A DNA stretch of 64,000 bases, taken from NCBI GenBank assembly GCA_020891255.1, contig BQFW01000001.1, forward strand, positions 1,736,001 to 1,800,000. Reading direction: 5' to 3'. The translations under genes were made by a program, and so were the position numbers. Of this stretch, positions 31,004-44,557 are shown piece after piece (the first letter of the stretch is position 1; each line of letters opens with the position of its first letter). The notes under the pieces are model-generated. The model made no database searches, was not told the origin of the DNA, and worked only from the letters and a program-made list of their open reading frames with translations. The stretch comes from Entomortierella parvispora E1425 (Eukaryota; Fungi; Mortierellomycota).

Positions 31004-32310
31004 TGTGGCTGGATTCCCTTTTGGCGGTAGGCAAAAAGATGGAAAGGAAGGAGGAGGGGGGTGGAGATGTTCCTGAGATGGATGAAGTTTCGTACTTTCA
31101 AAATGATGGAGAAGCGTTGGTAGATGAGAGTGTGGAAAGTTGCAGGGCGGGTTGTAGCATATGCGATCATGATCTGGTTCCGTGATGCTAATTAATTCGA
31201 TTAAATTTATTTTTTATTAATAATTAAAATTTTTTATTTCGCGTTCATAATCCGTTCATGTCGCGTTCCGGATTTCCTGAAAAGACACAGCTAGGTAGAA
31301 GTCTCGGGCTCGGTGGATTCAGAGTAAGCGTACTACGAAAATTTCATCCAGAAAGAAGTATCAGTACCTATGCAGCACAACGAAGGATAGAAACGGAGAG
31401 CTCACCATCTGAATGCAATCTTGTGCAACGACTATCTGTAGTGAGCTGCCCTCAGCAGAATGAAGCTGACGGATTGTTCAATTCGGATCAACATGGCCAG
31501 GGTAGCCTTCATAACAGAAGCTAGAAGTAGTTTGGAGCATGGGGCTTGGAGTGCAAGAAGCTATGAAAAGACCGCCCATTGAGAATCTACTCCTCATTCC
31601 CATTTAGATCTATTTAAATTTGTTTTGTATATTACAACCATAGTGGACATAGTGCAAGATCTGCGTTGGTAGCCGCCAGATGCTCCAGCACTAGAGAAAT
31701 AAGGATAAAAGCTACTCTGAGAATCCGCATCCGTGCTCTGCAGGCTTCTCACAAGCAAGGATCAAAGAGACGCAGAACTAATCCCCCATCGTCAACGACG
31801 CCGTACTCTGTTGGTGTCACCAGCCACAACAACAGACGAGATGTAGGCTCACTGCCTATTGTTTCAATGGCATCCGTGCTCTGGTCACAATTGTTTTAGG
31901 ACCAGATGATGGAATACCGTGTCAACACTTCCTCGGTCTGGAAAGCTGGAAGTTGACTCTCAGACTGCAATTTGTATTCAGGAAAAAAAAATCCATTCCC
32001 CCCTCCACCTCGCCTCCCTCTTCTATATCATCATTGCCGCCACTCCTCTCACCCTTTGACCTCACCTTCCTATTTTTGCATGAATATCGCCACCTTTCTT
32101 CCTCTGTGTTCTGCCCTCTAGTACCTTCCGACCCTGCACCAGTCGCCCATCTTGTAAAAGAAAACCTCCGTCAAATCTAAAGTCAACCCACTCCTTCTTT
32201 CTTCATTTCAATTTTTGCCTTTACTGTGTCCAAAACCATTTCAGACCTCTCTTTGCGGCTGACGCTCTCTGCAGCTCGCTTCAATACCTTCTCCCTAAAC
32301 CGCTGCAACG

Positions 32311-35300
32311 ATGGCACTCCTTTCTGCATCCTCAACATCTCCTGTCCTCGTCGTTTCCATACTTGTTCTGTCCTCAGCCTCTTTCCCACTCGTCATCGCC
32401 ATTTGGATAATCCAGGCGCAGGACGGTCGTCGTCACTACGCACTCTCACTCGTGGTGTTCTGGCTACTTGTTGTCGCCTTTATTGGAATCCTCGAGCAAA
32501 CTCTTCTGCAGCCCAGCACATTCCCTTTCCCACTTCACAACTTCTCCAAAGCCCAACCAATAGCTACTACCTTTGATCAATCGCCGATTCAAGAGTTTGT
32601 GTTCAATGGCTCTGTTCTTGCGAACAGTGACTCTCTGTCGGGATGGACTGCCATGAGTCTGGTTCAAAACTGGCACAGTCACCTACCCCAGTCTGACCCT
32701 CTTGCGCACAATCCGTCAGTGATGCAGCTTTGTATATTTTTGGCCCATGTCACTGAAATACAATGGCTTGGCGTCTGCATTTCACTCGCGAAATGGACAT
32801 GGTACCTCTATCGATGTTTGTCCCGAAAACTCAGCATTGTAGATCTTCGACGACAGGTCGCTGGCAAGGTTGCTGGGGATAGCACAGAAACAGACCAGAA
32901 CAACTCAGAAGAAAAGGATGCTCGATCAACCCTGGCCGCCACAACTACGATCGAACAAGGACCTCTATGTACTAAGAACACAACGTCCCAATTCGAGGCA
33001 GCTGAAGCACAGGCAACTGTGGCCAGGTTCCATGTCCATAGGCCGATCCGAAGTCTCGACGATTTTCGAGAACGGCTACCAGTCGTTACGATGGCACGAT
33101 TCCTATTGGTGATCCTCTTGATCCGAGATGCCGTTGCAGACTGTATGTGTTGCTGCTGTTGTCGCACTAAGAAAAGACGGGTATCCACTCGCGCCTTCAG
33201 TGATCACGAACAGCCCATTGAAGGCAATGTCCACCATGATTCCTATGAAGCCTGGATGCAATGGTCGTCAATATGCGATGAGGAAATCGCAAGGACTGCA
33301 AATGCGAGCGAAGATAGGAATAAGAGGCAGGCTTTTGCCAATGGGCCGGCCACTCTTTTACCTCCGCTGCGCGGTAAGCAAGGTGAACATCTTACGGAGC
33401 AAGCCAACTGTGGCATCTCAGCCTCAGTGCCTCCAGTCATGATTACTGGACAAACCTCTAGCAGCATTGCCTCGGAGCACCCGACTTCCTCTCTTGCTGC
33501 CAAGACACGGGTTCGGAATTGGGACCTTGACGTGGAACTTGACAAAAGGTTCGGGTACGACATCTCGGGACGACACATTCGGTTCGAAAAAGACTCTTGG
33601 CTTCACAATATCAAAACCCAACTACTCGAAAATGTTGGGCTCTTGACTGATATGGTAGTCTGTATCGGGATGCCAATCTCTTTTTTTCTTTTGAGATTCT
33701 TGATCAAAGCTGACGGTCGATCGTATGATGTTTATTCGGAAAGAGGAGGTTGTCGCATCTCAAGGGACTCGGGTCGCACCGACTGGACCATTACACTTGT
33801 CATGGAGGCCGTAGCTACCGTAACTGCCGTAATCAGCACTGTTCTTGCAGGTACATATATCAATCAGGATGACATTTTCGTGGCGGAAAAGAAAACTAGG
33901 CTCTCAACTTAATCACATTGTGTCATTCATGCTTTCGCGTCGCGTACAGGCCTGTCTCTGTTCAAGTTTAGATATCAAAATGGGACGTTCAACATTGACA
34001 TCAAATCACTGACTCCATCGGCAAAGGTCCTTAGACAGTACAAAGCCACAAGAGTTGTCCGCCATCTTTTGATTCTTTGCTTAATCTTGAACGCCATGTT
34101 TCTTGTGGCTCGAGTTATACATTTTGGACTCTTGAGCTTCAATCCTTCTGTTGTATACCTCAACCAAAATTTGGGCCAACAAAACCAGCAAGATCAAGCT
34201 CGCGGGCCACTGTCGTCCTTGCCTTTGTTTCGAATCGCGGACCGTGACCGAGATGTGATTTGTACTATTGTTTCTCCCGTTGCAATGGTGGTATTGCTTG
34301 TGGCTCTCGGTTGGACCCGATTCGAAAAGTGGCTCGAGGGCCTCTTCTGCTTCGACAAGGAGTCGCGTCTTCGTCAACAAGACAAGGAGGCCAGTAACAA
34401 ATCACTGCCACAGTTGCAGTCGCCATCAAATTTGCAGAGAACTGAGAAAAGAGAAATATTTGCTCACCCTGCTTTTGAAGCGGTCTGGGGCGCTGATGAA
34501 GTGTTCACTCAGCGGATGGCGAACCACCAGCACCTCTTGCGATTCTTTGGCTCAGGATCAATGGACTCCCCATCCTCTGCCACCCCTCCAGGCTTGGAGC
34601 AAGGACAAGAGACTCGCGGATTAGATGAACATGATGAGATGGATGGATTGGAAGACATTGCGGTGTTGGATCCTTCTGCTCCCCCTCCATGTTCACATCT
34701 CAGTGAAAAAGATGCCTGCAGGTAATTGCAAAAACATGGACTCCTTTATTTTTTTCTTCTTTTTTATGGCGTGCTGACATATACCCTAGCCATTCTGCTC
34801 CACATCCTAGCAGTCCGAGCATCGATCATTATAGTCAAGGTACTTCTCGGCCAGGAGGCAGCCCTATTCCCATTCTGATTCCTGAAGCTGCGCTCCAGAC
34901 CTTCGATAGGAAAGCTCGTCGACCGCCAAACGGTGGGCCAATCAAGTCTCCATCAGGCCGCGTTCGATATGACCCCTCCTGGTTACCCTCAGCGCCAGTT
35001 CATGGCCGACCAAGCTCTCCGAGAATGACGGCTGTTGAAAAAGTCCGCGGGCTCGGATCCATCTCAAACAACAGAGGTTCACCCTGCGTCACGGCACCCA
35101 TGGCCACCATATCCTCTCCGCTAGTGCCGTTATTTGTTTCAAAGGAAGGCACCTCCTCTACCCAGGATACCCCAACGACTCGAGTAGAGACATTCTCCGC
35201 TATATTACCTCCTCCAAAAGCAAGGCTCAGTGGGGAAATAGCCGCGGCCGAAGAGGGCTATGACAGAGTTCTTAAAAAACTGGCCAAGAAGCGAAGACGA

Positions 35301-35732
35301 AACCTCTTCAAGCATGGAAAGAACACAGTTGTTTACATGCAAAGCTCAAATGTCAGTCGAGATTATCAAGCAAGTGGGAGTGAAGCAGATGGAGATGTAG
35401 GCGAGGAGTGCGAGGTTGTGACCATGGGATCCATCTCCCTCGACGGACTGCTCATGGAGGAGCCCAACGTGGCCGAGTATGAATTCATGTACCACAAAAT
35501 GATGGTCGAGTCCTTGGCTCGGAGTACCACCATAGAAACGACTAGTCGACCAGAAGGAGGTCGGGGTAGACGACGATCTTCTGTGATTCGATTTGCAAGC
35601 TCATCTTCTGGCGCTACGACGCATCACAGGCGGTCAAGTCCCGATCAGCAAGCGCCCAATCCGTCTTTTCATCTTGTCCTAGACACCTTCGATCAAAGTG
35701 GGCCTTCGTCAGATCTCTATGCAGAGAAGTAG
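32311..35732 (+). CDS. Orphan polytopic membrane protein with about 7 TM segments (GPCR-like); exons 32311-33850, 33950-34721, ~34790-35732
   Basis: Introns 33851-33949 and from 34722 join three ORFs in frame. Seven hydrophobic segments are visible, with a very long loop after the third and a long disordered C-tail. No family motif recognised. Confidence 0.55.
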
Positions 35733-35998
35733 CCATCTCAGACATCTCAAATAACTACGACTATCTACGCTACCCCTCCACAATATGATGGGTGGTTTCG
35801 AAAACAACCCTGCACTTGATCCTAAAGCTTCAGGAGACTAGTACCAATTGTTTATCTATCATGACCATAAGTTTTCCAATCCAGTGTCTCTTCATCATCC
35901 ATTCAAATATGGTCAAGTTTGCCTTTAACTTTAAAGTAAACGTTGCTGCAAGCACAACGCACTTGGTTTTTATTTGTTTTTGTGCACGGTATGAAGAT

Positions 35999-36877
35999 TT
36001 ACAAGTGCTTCTTGAAGAAATCAGTCAGCTTGACAGAGACCTCGCCAACCTTGCGATCGTAGAGATCAATGTGAGTTGCTCCGCCAATGGTAAAGAGCTC
36101 CTTTGGCTCGCCTGCTTTGGCAAAAGCCATTTTGCTGTGATCGAGAGTGTCAGCGGCGGATCCAGCGACCAACAGCAGAGGACGAGGAGAAAGCCTCTCG
36201 ATCTTTGAAAACGAGTCGTATGCAGCGATGGTGTCGTAGCTCCAAAGGGCAAACTTGTTGACAGAGTTCTTGTGACCTCCTCGAGGCGTCAAGTAGTAAT
36301 CAGCGGCCTCCCTCATCAAGACGATGCTGTCCTCCTTGATCTCGGGAATATAAGGAAGGTACTTGACCTCACCTCCCTTGGAGTACTCGATTCTGTTCTC
36401 CCCTGATTGGGCAAGAAGAACTTCCTTTGGAAGGGATCCAGCAAAGAGCAAACCAACATCCACCATGCTTACAGTGGCAATAGCCTTGACACGGGAATCG
36501 GTAGAACTTGCAGCAATGCTGTATCCACCGCCGGCACAGATTCCAAGGATACCAACTCTCTTGGGATCAACCTTGTCGTTCGCACTGAGGAATGTCACGG
36601 CAGACTTTGCGTCTTCCAAGCTCGCAAAGGGATCCTCAACACATCTGGGTGTACCCTCGCTGGCGCCTTGAGAGGTGCGGTCGAAGGCCAGAGCAACAAA
36701 GCCCTGGTTGGCAAGTTCCTGAGCATAGGCACCAGCAGTCTGCTCTTTGACACCACCGCCGGGATGGAGGACGATAACACCAGGAAGCTTCTCGCCTTGC
36801 CTGTACGAGGTTGGAACATAGAGGTGACCAGCGAGCTTTACGTGGTTGCTTGGGAAGGAGACGTCGATAGGAGCCAT
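35999..36877 (-). CDS. Intronless alpha/beta hydrolase, bacterial YcjY/COG1073 (dienelactone-hydrolase-like) type
   Basis: Motifs VLHPGGGVKEQTAGAYA, LAFDRTSQGASEGTPR, nucleophile elbow GILGICAGGGY (Cys), RPLLLVAGSAADT, and GATHIDLYD (His). Confidence 0.88.
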   Translation of the reverse strand: MAPIDVSFPSNHVKLAGHLYVPTSYRQGEKLPGVIVLHPGGGVKEQTAGAYAQELANQGFVALAFDRTSQGASEGTPRCVEDPFASLEDAKSAVTFLSANDKVDPKRVGILGICAGGGYSIAASSTDSRVKAIATVSMVDVGLLFAGSLPKEVLLAQSGENRIEYSKGGEVKYLPYIPEIKEDSIVLMREAADYYLTPRGGHKNSVNKFALWSYDTIAAYDSFSKIERLSPRPLLLVAGSAADTLDHSKMAFAKAGEPKELFTIGGATHIDLYDRKVGEVSVKLTDFFKKHL

Positions 36878-38058
36878 TGTTGTATATGTGTTTTTTTGCT
36901 GTGTGCTGATGAGAGACTGAAAGAGCGACTACTTGTACGGTGTGGGGCCGTAGGTTCGGAGAAATATGTCATCGCCATTTGACTCGCTCTCGGAAAAGGA
37001 TATCCCACCACAGTTGTAGACGAAACGCTCCTATTGGCCAATTGGGTCAACGTTTTCCCCCCGATCGGGGAGATCTCATTTTGTAGCTCCATCGAGACGT
37101 AGAAATTACGTGGGCCCGCCCTCAGTATTGGATTAGGTTTTGTAGAGCTTCAATGCCGGGCCTCGTTCGAACCAAGTAGTCGGCTAACATGCAGCTGTTA
37201 GCACCGAAAGAGGAAGTGGACCTCGTCTCGAAATGGTGCAGACACCTTCTTCAAGGCCATACGACCAAGGTCACCTTTTTTGGAATCGACAATTTTTTTT
37301 TAGGAATCTTGGTCTACTCCAGAACTGGAGATGCTGTGTGCTCCAAATTGTTGACAATGCATCGACGGATTTTGCTCTTTCAAGCAGTGTCCCCTCTCGT
37401 CACCAGCCAGACGCCAACGCTGGCCAGACGCATTGTTCGCACCCCGATCTCTTCGCCACCTTTGAGGTCCTCTACTTCCTCTCTCGAGACAGTAAACCAC
37501 ATATAATCCTGCTACTTTAATGATTAGTCTCGCCTTCGCAGGAGTGGTCACAGTGCAATCCGCATTGTCAAGACTTTCAGAGAGATTGACTTGAAAATAT
37601 TCCCAATAAACTAAACGAGATAAAAGCCACTCTTCAAGGGTGGGGTATGCTGCGAAGAAAACCGAGGAAAGCTCGTTTGGGGGCTTTACCTGAGTTCAAC
37701 CTGTTCACGCCGTCATTCCTTCCCAAAAAAAAATATGGATGAAGTCCCAATCCAGGCAGGCACGGCCAGAAATAATCAATCCGAGCTGGGGTCATGGTCG
37801 GTGGAGAGACTACCAGAGTGTAATCGGAAACAAAGAATCTAACAGGACGCTTCTGCGAAAAGACCATTGGCAAATGGCAACTGGCATTTGGAAAGTTTCT
37901 GTTTATTGGACTTCTTCGGTTCTCTTCTCTCTCTCTATCCTCTCGCTAGAATGGCGTATCTTGCTCTAGAACGGTATAAAACAAAATCTGAGAACTGCCT
38001 AGTAATCTCGCGAGGTTGAGGCCACATGGGCCGCAGCTTTTCTAATTCCCCATGCCAT

Positions 38059-39511
38059 TTACTCCTTCTTTACGTTGTAGGTCCAGTTGACCTCACCATT
38101 GACGGCAACGCCCCATCGCTGGTACAAGTTCACGGCACGGACGTAGGGAGTCATACGCGTGTACTGTTCCCTCAGCTGGACAGCAATCTCATCACGCTGT
38201 TCGCTGTTCTTTCCATCCAGGTTCTTGATCCAAGCCCGCGTGGCCTCATCGAAACTAATCTCCAATCCGTGACGTTCCGCCAAGAGCTCCTCTTTCTTGA
38301 CAGTGTCCTTCATCCTGTCGTTCTCCCCAGGAACAGCGGGGACGTACTCGTACTTCCAATCATCCAAACCATCGTAGTGAATGATGGGCAAGCGCTCGCG
38401 AGGCACAACCTTGTGAAGCTCGGCATTGTTACGCGTGAACACGAACTTTGAGGCGACTACTGGGTCCAAGAGGGGCTGGATCAGCTTCCAGAGGCCCCAG
38501 AAAACAAAGGGAGCACGATGAACAACACACACTCCTAGGGTCTCGGGGTAGAACGCTTCGAAACACTGGACAAACAGACGAACGAAGCCCCAGTCCATGT
38601 TATCAAGTCCGAAGTTGGAGAGATCAAAGATAACAATGACAGTCTCGGCGCCAGGGGGGAGCAACATACGGCCGCACTCCATGGTCTATTTGAATGGGGC
38701 CGAAGAAGGGATAGGAAAGGTGAGAATCGAGGGCACAATGTAACATCAAGACTCGATGCAACAAGAGACGTACATAGAGAGTGAAGCGGTGAATGGTCTC
38801 GGCGGGCTGGTCAGACTTGTGGTGGAGACGAGTGTTGACAACAGACATGGGACGGCCAAGGGGATCAGCGCCACGGAGATAGCCCTTTCCGATCTTCATC
38901 TGTTGAATAAACTTGGGGTACTTGACATCCAGCTCTTCATCCGAGAGCTCAATCAGCTCATCCAGACGCTCGACGATACGCCACTTGAGAGCGTTCAAGA
39001 ACATTTTCATGGCATCCTCCAAAACCCACTTGCGGGCACGGATGAACTAAAGAACCAATGGGAAATAAAAAAGCGAATTAGTGATCTTAGTCGTTTCATG
39101 TCTTTTTGTACTTCACCATGTCAAGACTTAATGGCTTACCTTGAGGACAAGGAGATCAGGGTGATCCATCATGGCCACCTTCCAAAAGGTCTTCTGGAGC
39201 TGAGGACCTGTGAATCGGGGTGCCACGGGTCCAGATTCAGAGGCAGTCCTGCGACCGAACCAACCGGCTTTCTGAACAGGGGCTGCAGGTGTACCATCGG
39301 CATTCTCCTCTTCGCGGGCTTGACCCTTGAAGGAAGAAGGAGCGGTCTGGTCAAACTGAACCTTTCCGTCAAAGATATCAAAGAGCTTGACCCAGAACTG
39401 TTGGAGTTTAATTGTTTGCTCGGGGGTCAAATGGCCGAGGCGGCCGTCGGTCGAGATCACGGGCTGGACATAGGTCGAGGTGGGAGCAGTAGAAGCAGCA
39501 GGAGACGACAT
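38059..39511 (-). CDS. CRAL-TRIO (Sec14-like) lipid transfer protein, CSR1/SFH2-type; 3 exons
   Basis: Motifs DHPDLLVLK, EDAMKMFLNALKWR, GKGYLRGADPLGRP, VIFDLSNFGLDNMDWGFV and FEAFYPETLGVCVVHRAPFVFWGLWKLIQPLLDPVVASKFVF. Confidence 0.9.
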
Positions 39512-41409
39512 GATAATTGATGTGTTTCTGGCCTTGATTGGAGTGGAGCGAAGGGTAGTTGAGTCTGAGAAGGAGAGGGCTGTAAAGATATGTGAAGAGA
39601 AAGTCTTGAGGGGGAAAAGAAAAGAAAAGAAAAAAAGGAAATCCTGTCTTGTGCAATCGTTTTATGGCGGAAAGCGATTCATGCGAAGTCGAGTATTACA
39701 AACTCCTCTTTGGCAAGGCGTCAACAGAGTGAGCTCTTGTAACGGGGACAATCCTATGGCCAATGGCTCATGACAAGGGCTAGCGGGTTTGGCACCCTAA
39801 GGAAGAAGGGACACGCTGTTGTTTGGTGCTTACAATTCTGTATTCACACGGAGGGAGCGAGGTCAAAGAGTGACAAACAAAGGAGAAAGATGAACATAGG
39901 TCGGCGAGTAGAAAATCAACGAGTCTGACCATCCATCTGCCTCCCCTTCCTCTCTGTTCTCTCTGCTGCACTGTCTGACCACAGAGAACGACTTTGACGC
40001 GAAGTTTTATTAAATGACGACTAGCGCGTACCTCATGATGGACAACAAACTCTTCCTTAGAATGATTACTCCTTCGTTCAGTTTCTAGTCCAAGAAAGAC
40101 TTTGTCCTTCATCTATCCCCGTTCCCTCTAGTCGTTGGAGAAGAGACCCGGCGCGCGCGCGCCCTGTCCTCCACCTCTCATTTCAATCTTTGTGAACCCC
40201 ACATGTCCACTGATTGCTCTCATTTTTTCCCTCTCCTTTCCATTTCCCAACCTGTCGTCTTCTTTTCTCCCTTCCATGAAGAAGTGCAACCACAAGAACA
40301 CAATGGCTCCCCTCACCCCCCACAAGTGAGCAGCAGATGCGCCGAAGAAAAGAGAAGAACGACTGCACACAGTTGTGAAAGTGATTCTCAATTCTGCGTT
40401 TTTGAGCACTCGCGTTTTCAAAGAGGAGTGACTCAAAGGACGGGGGTCCTTTTTTTTTTTTACCTAAGCGTGGTATTGAACTATTGCAAAGTCCTTGACA
40501 AAGCAGCAATCGCTCCCATCTACCCTACTCTGTCTTTTATCTTCATCCGTACCGAAATTAGGGCACGCCAAGAAAAAGAAAAAAAACCACAACTATTCAA
40601 CCGAACAGGTTCATCACCACCTGGTCACTCAACCTTCTTCGTCTCTGCACCCTCCTCCTCCAAAAGTAATACAACTCATGTGAGAAAGAACAAGAAAGAA
40701 GAGAGACACTCGACCATGTTGATGCACCACGCAAACAAACAAGCAAAGCCAAAAGGAAAGAAAATACGACAGTGGGCGAAAGCTGTTTGGGGCTTTCCAT
40801 TTGGGCGTCTCTCTTGTTCCACTCTGGATGAACTCTTTGTAGCCCACAATTGTTATTGTTTGAACCCAACGGGCAAGCAAACGGTTGGATGGCGTGGGCA
40901 ACATCAACAGAAGATGCTGGTCACACAAAAAAAAATCAAGAAGTGAAATGCTGACCGTGGGCCCCAAGATTGTTTTCTGCTGCTGTTGTTGTCGTTGTTG
41001 TTGCTGTCGCCCGAGAGTGAGGGTCATTGGAGGACCGAGGACCACATACGCTTTTGCATGTGCTTGAGCTGACCGGCTGTGCCGTTTCAAGGAAATGGTG
41101 ACCAACGGGTCCATTGTCGATGCAGATACTTGAACAACAGGGAAATGGGCAGAGTGAGCAGACACACAGGCACCCCCAGGAGGGTGCGCGTATTTGTCTC
41201 ATCTTCAGTGTGAGCAAACTTTTGGGGTGCATGTCGCGTCCCGCCCAACTCCACAACGCTCACTGCTGATGTACCTCTTGTGCATGAACAAAAGTGAAAG
41301 GGAGGCAAGAGCAATGGGCAATGGGATGTGGAGCAGGAAGAATGAAAAAAAAAACTCTAACAACACTGGCCACCTTATTAACTCTATTGTCCCGACTCTC
41401 CTTCCCTGG

Positions 41410-44400
41410 TTAGCACAGTCTGACCAGGTTGCTCCCGCCACACTCCCACCTGAGTATGAATGCCTCTGCTGATAATGATGTTGCCGCTGAGTCCCATGGC
41501 GGTGAAATGAAAGCGCGCTTTTGGCTGTCACTTAAAGATGTCAATGGTTCAGTCATCTGAACAAAAACTTTATTATTAGAAAAGTAAACGGGCGGAAAGA
41601 TTGTGCCTCCACCTCTCCATCGCACCAACACTCACTGTCTACGCCGAAAAAAGACCACATCAGCCTCCTGTGCTGCAGGCGCAACTGCATCCTCTTTCTT
41701 TGTTGAATCAACCAGCTGGACCGGATCGACGCCTGATTCATTGGGCAACTTTAGCTCCGATGGAGCACTTGGTCTGCCCACCGATTCTCGACTCTGCGCT
41801 GTAGACTGAAAAGAAAGAGACTTGGATAGGTCGGACAGGTCTCGATCTCGATCCAATGTGACTACACGTCCCCTTCCTCGTCGCGCTGGTATTTCACTTG
41901 ACGGTAACGGATTGGATTTAAGCGCAGGGCTCTTCGCTGGCGCAGCTTTGTCGTCCTTCAAATCAATATTCGCCAGTAATACCTCAGCTTGATCGGTACC
42001 GCTATTTGGCGAGCCAGACGAGCATGATATGCCCTCTACTGTTGGCGATAAGCCTCTGCGGCTGTCCTGGACTCTTTTCGGGAGCGCAACGGGTCCTGTA
42101 GCTCTCTCCACAACCAGTGCTGTTCCCGTCATCGCTTTTGTTTCTGTTGTTGCTGTGAATACTATGGCTGCGGGGGCAGCATCATACATGCTGGGTGAGT
42201 GGGACCGTATTTTCTCTGGACCTCCTACAGGGGATCGCCGAAGCGAAGAACTACTGTGTTGCTTGTCGTCGTCTATATGTTCACTGTGTTGGTGTCGACC
42301 CCTGCTGGACGATATGGAGGACTTGTTTGCCTGATGACTATCACTGCCGTGCTTGCTGCTCACCCATCCACTTTCTCTCCGTTTTTTCGTAGGAGGAGTT
42401 GTAAGACGCTGATAACTTTCTAGTGAAGTAGATACATCCATCTGTGGCGAAAATGCAAGGGTCGCCTGTGCTTCGGGTATCCGGGGACCAGTCGGAATCG
42501 CGCTCATATCAAAGCCATTCCACGGTGAAGGAGATCGTCGCTCTCTTCTTCGTCCAGTTGTGATTTCATTTCGGCCCTTGCTTTCCAAAACTCCGTTACC
42601 CTCCTCATGACCATTTCTTACTGGAGAAGATGCAGTATATCGATGTCCACTACGAGGCAAGCTCGGTGATCGTGAAGGGTACCCCACAGTCCTGCGAGCA
42701 ACGTGAATATGCGTGCCGTCGTCCATATGTGGAGATCGCCCTCGAACTGGCTTCCCGTTATTTGAAAGACGTCGAGTGATCGATATTGAGCTTTTTTCAG
42801 ACCTTGACCTAGACCTTGATCTCACATAGGCACGGCCGTCGGTACTGTGATATGTTCTATTGTGGATGACATCTCCACGTCCGCCACGGCTATTGTCGGA
42901 TTCTTGGCTTTGGTGATGTGCTAAGTTAACGTCAAGAGGATGCTTGTCTACGTTTTGGCGGTGTCGTGATATATCCACCCTTTGAGCCTCCAGAGAGATG
43001 GTGTTAACACTCGTGCGATGCTTATTGTGATTGGTAGTTTGGGTATCTGTCGAAGTCAAGTATCCTCTTTCGCCGTCATTATCATCACCAGCATGCGCTG
43101 CTCTATGCTGACGATTTGTGTGCCTGTTTTGTGGCACGATCTGTACGTCCATGGTCCTATTTGCAGTTGCAGAAGCGTTGTATCCGGTGGAGACTTGGCT
43201 TCCAATAAACGGTCCTTCTGCGGGCATTCTGTTTTCAGCCTAATAAATATCAACTATCAGATCATGTTGAGGAACGACAGTTCACTTGGTTATTATGGTT
43301 CTCTCTTCACTTACCATCCACGATCGCCTTTCCTCCATTGCTGTGGCAAGATACTGCTGGGCTGATATATCGGAAGGATCGATTTTCAGCACTGAGAGGA
43401 AATCATCCACTGCTTCCTGCCACATGCACATATTGGCGAAACTAGGATTGTTGTAATTGAGCAGCGAGATGAGTAAGAAATCATTGCTCGAAATACATCA
43501 CCGGCCATAATAACTCAATCCTTACGTGCACCCCCGAGTAAGATAGGCCGCTGCACAGCTTGGATCAGCATCGATTGCCAAAGAATACTCTCCGAGTGCT
43601 TTTTCCAAGAGATTTTGTTGCGCATACTTGATTCCAGTGCAGATCCTAAAAGTCATTGAGCGTCAGGCTCCTAGCCACGTTGCGAGCAACAAGCAACAGA
43701 GAGTTCAGTGCGATTATATACCTCTCCACGGCAGTGTTCCTATTTTGTTCGTTCCTGATATTCATATACGTCTCCGTGCGATGCAGAGGTACCTGCGATT
43801 GAATCCCGGAGCCCGATCTAACATGTCAGAAAATTCGTTATTCGACCGCCTCTTGCTGACGTTCTGCGAACGGGCTCACAAATGATGTTGAAGTTGAGAA
43901 GATGATTCTGACTGCCCTGACCCTGTACCTTTTGCATACGATTACGGGGATGTTCAAATAGCTGTCATCCAATCTTGGCGCCGTACCAAACACTCTCATC
44001 CATCTGTTTACCCAAGTAGGGTTCTGACTTGCGCTCTCGTCATATTTCAGACGGACTCTCAGCTTCTCGTGATCTCGCGGCATTAGCCTGTCCAAAGGCA
44101 TGAACCTGAAAGCTAATGATTGCGCACCGTAGTTCCGTTAGCACCAGATCCCGACCTGAAAAATGGTTTCAAGTTGACGCTAGATCGGCGCCTCAGGAAC
44201 CCACCTTTTTGTCCAGGGACAACAGCAGCCTTTAGGATTGGTTTGATGCCTCGTCCATATGTGCTTCCTTGAATGAATTTCTCTATGCATTTCTCCAAGA
44301 ACGGGTCGATATGGCGCAAGCGCTGAGCAGTGCGCCGAGGAGGTAAATGGGAATGATGCGAGGCGCCTGGGCCATGACCCGGAATTCCTTCGTGCAATTT

Positions 44401-44557
44401 GCCTTGGGGCCCCAGCGGAGCAGAATGGCTCGAACGCTGGTCCTTGACCAGTGGTGTCGATGGCGGTGGGGCTTCGGGCCTGGAGGCCATGTGTACTTAG
44501 AGATGGAGAAAAACGACAGTGGGCGAGAATGGGGCTATGAATGGAAATGACATGCAC
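41410..44557 (-). CDS. TPR-repeat protein with long R/S-rich disordered C-terminus (TTC14-like architecture); 5' and 3' exon limits approximate
   Basis: Exons 43645-43526 and 43441-43315 splice in frame to give ICTGIKYAQQNLLEKALGEYSLAIDADPSCAAAYLTRGCTFANMCMWQEAVDDFLSVLKIDPSDISAQQYLATAMEER (TPR pattern). This continues at 43239 into the 531-aa RS-rich ORF 43227-41632. Confidence 0.6.

Noticed and set aside
31190-31250. Very AT-rich island between SEC65 and the 7TM gene, as a possible origin or element end
   Set aside because: Short and consistent with an ordinary nucleosome-depleted promoter tract; no further support.
36900-38030. Short ORFs (37189-37506, 37233-37520, 37739-37969) between the hydrolase and the CRAL-TRIO gene
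   Set aside because: No motifs, overlapping frames, and composition typical of intergenic DNA.
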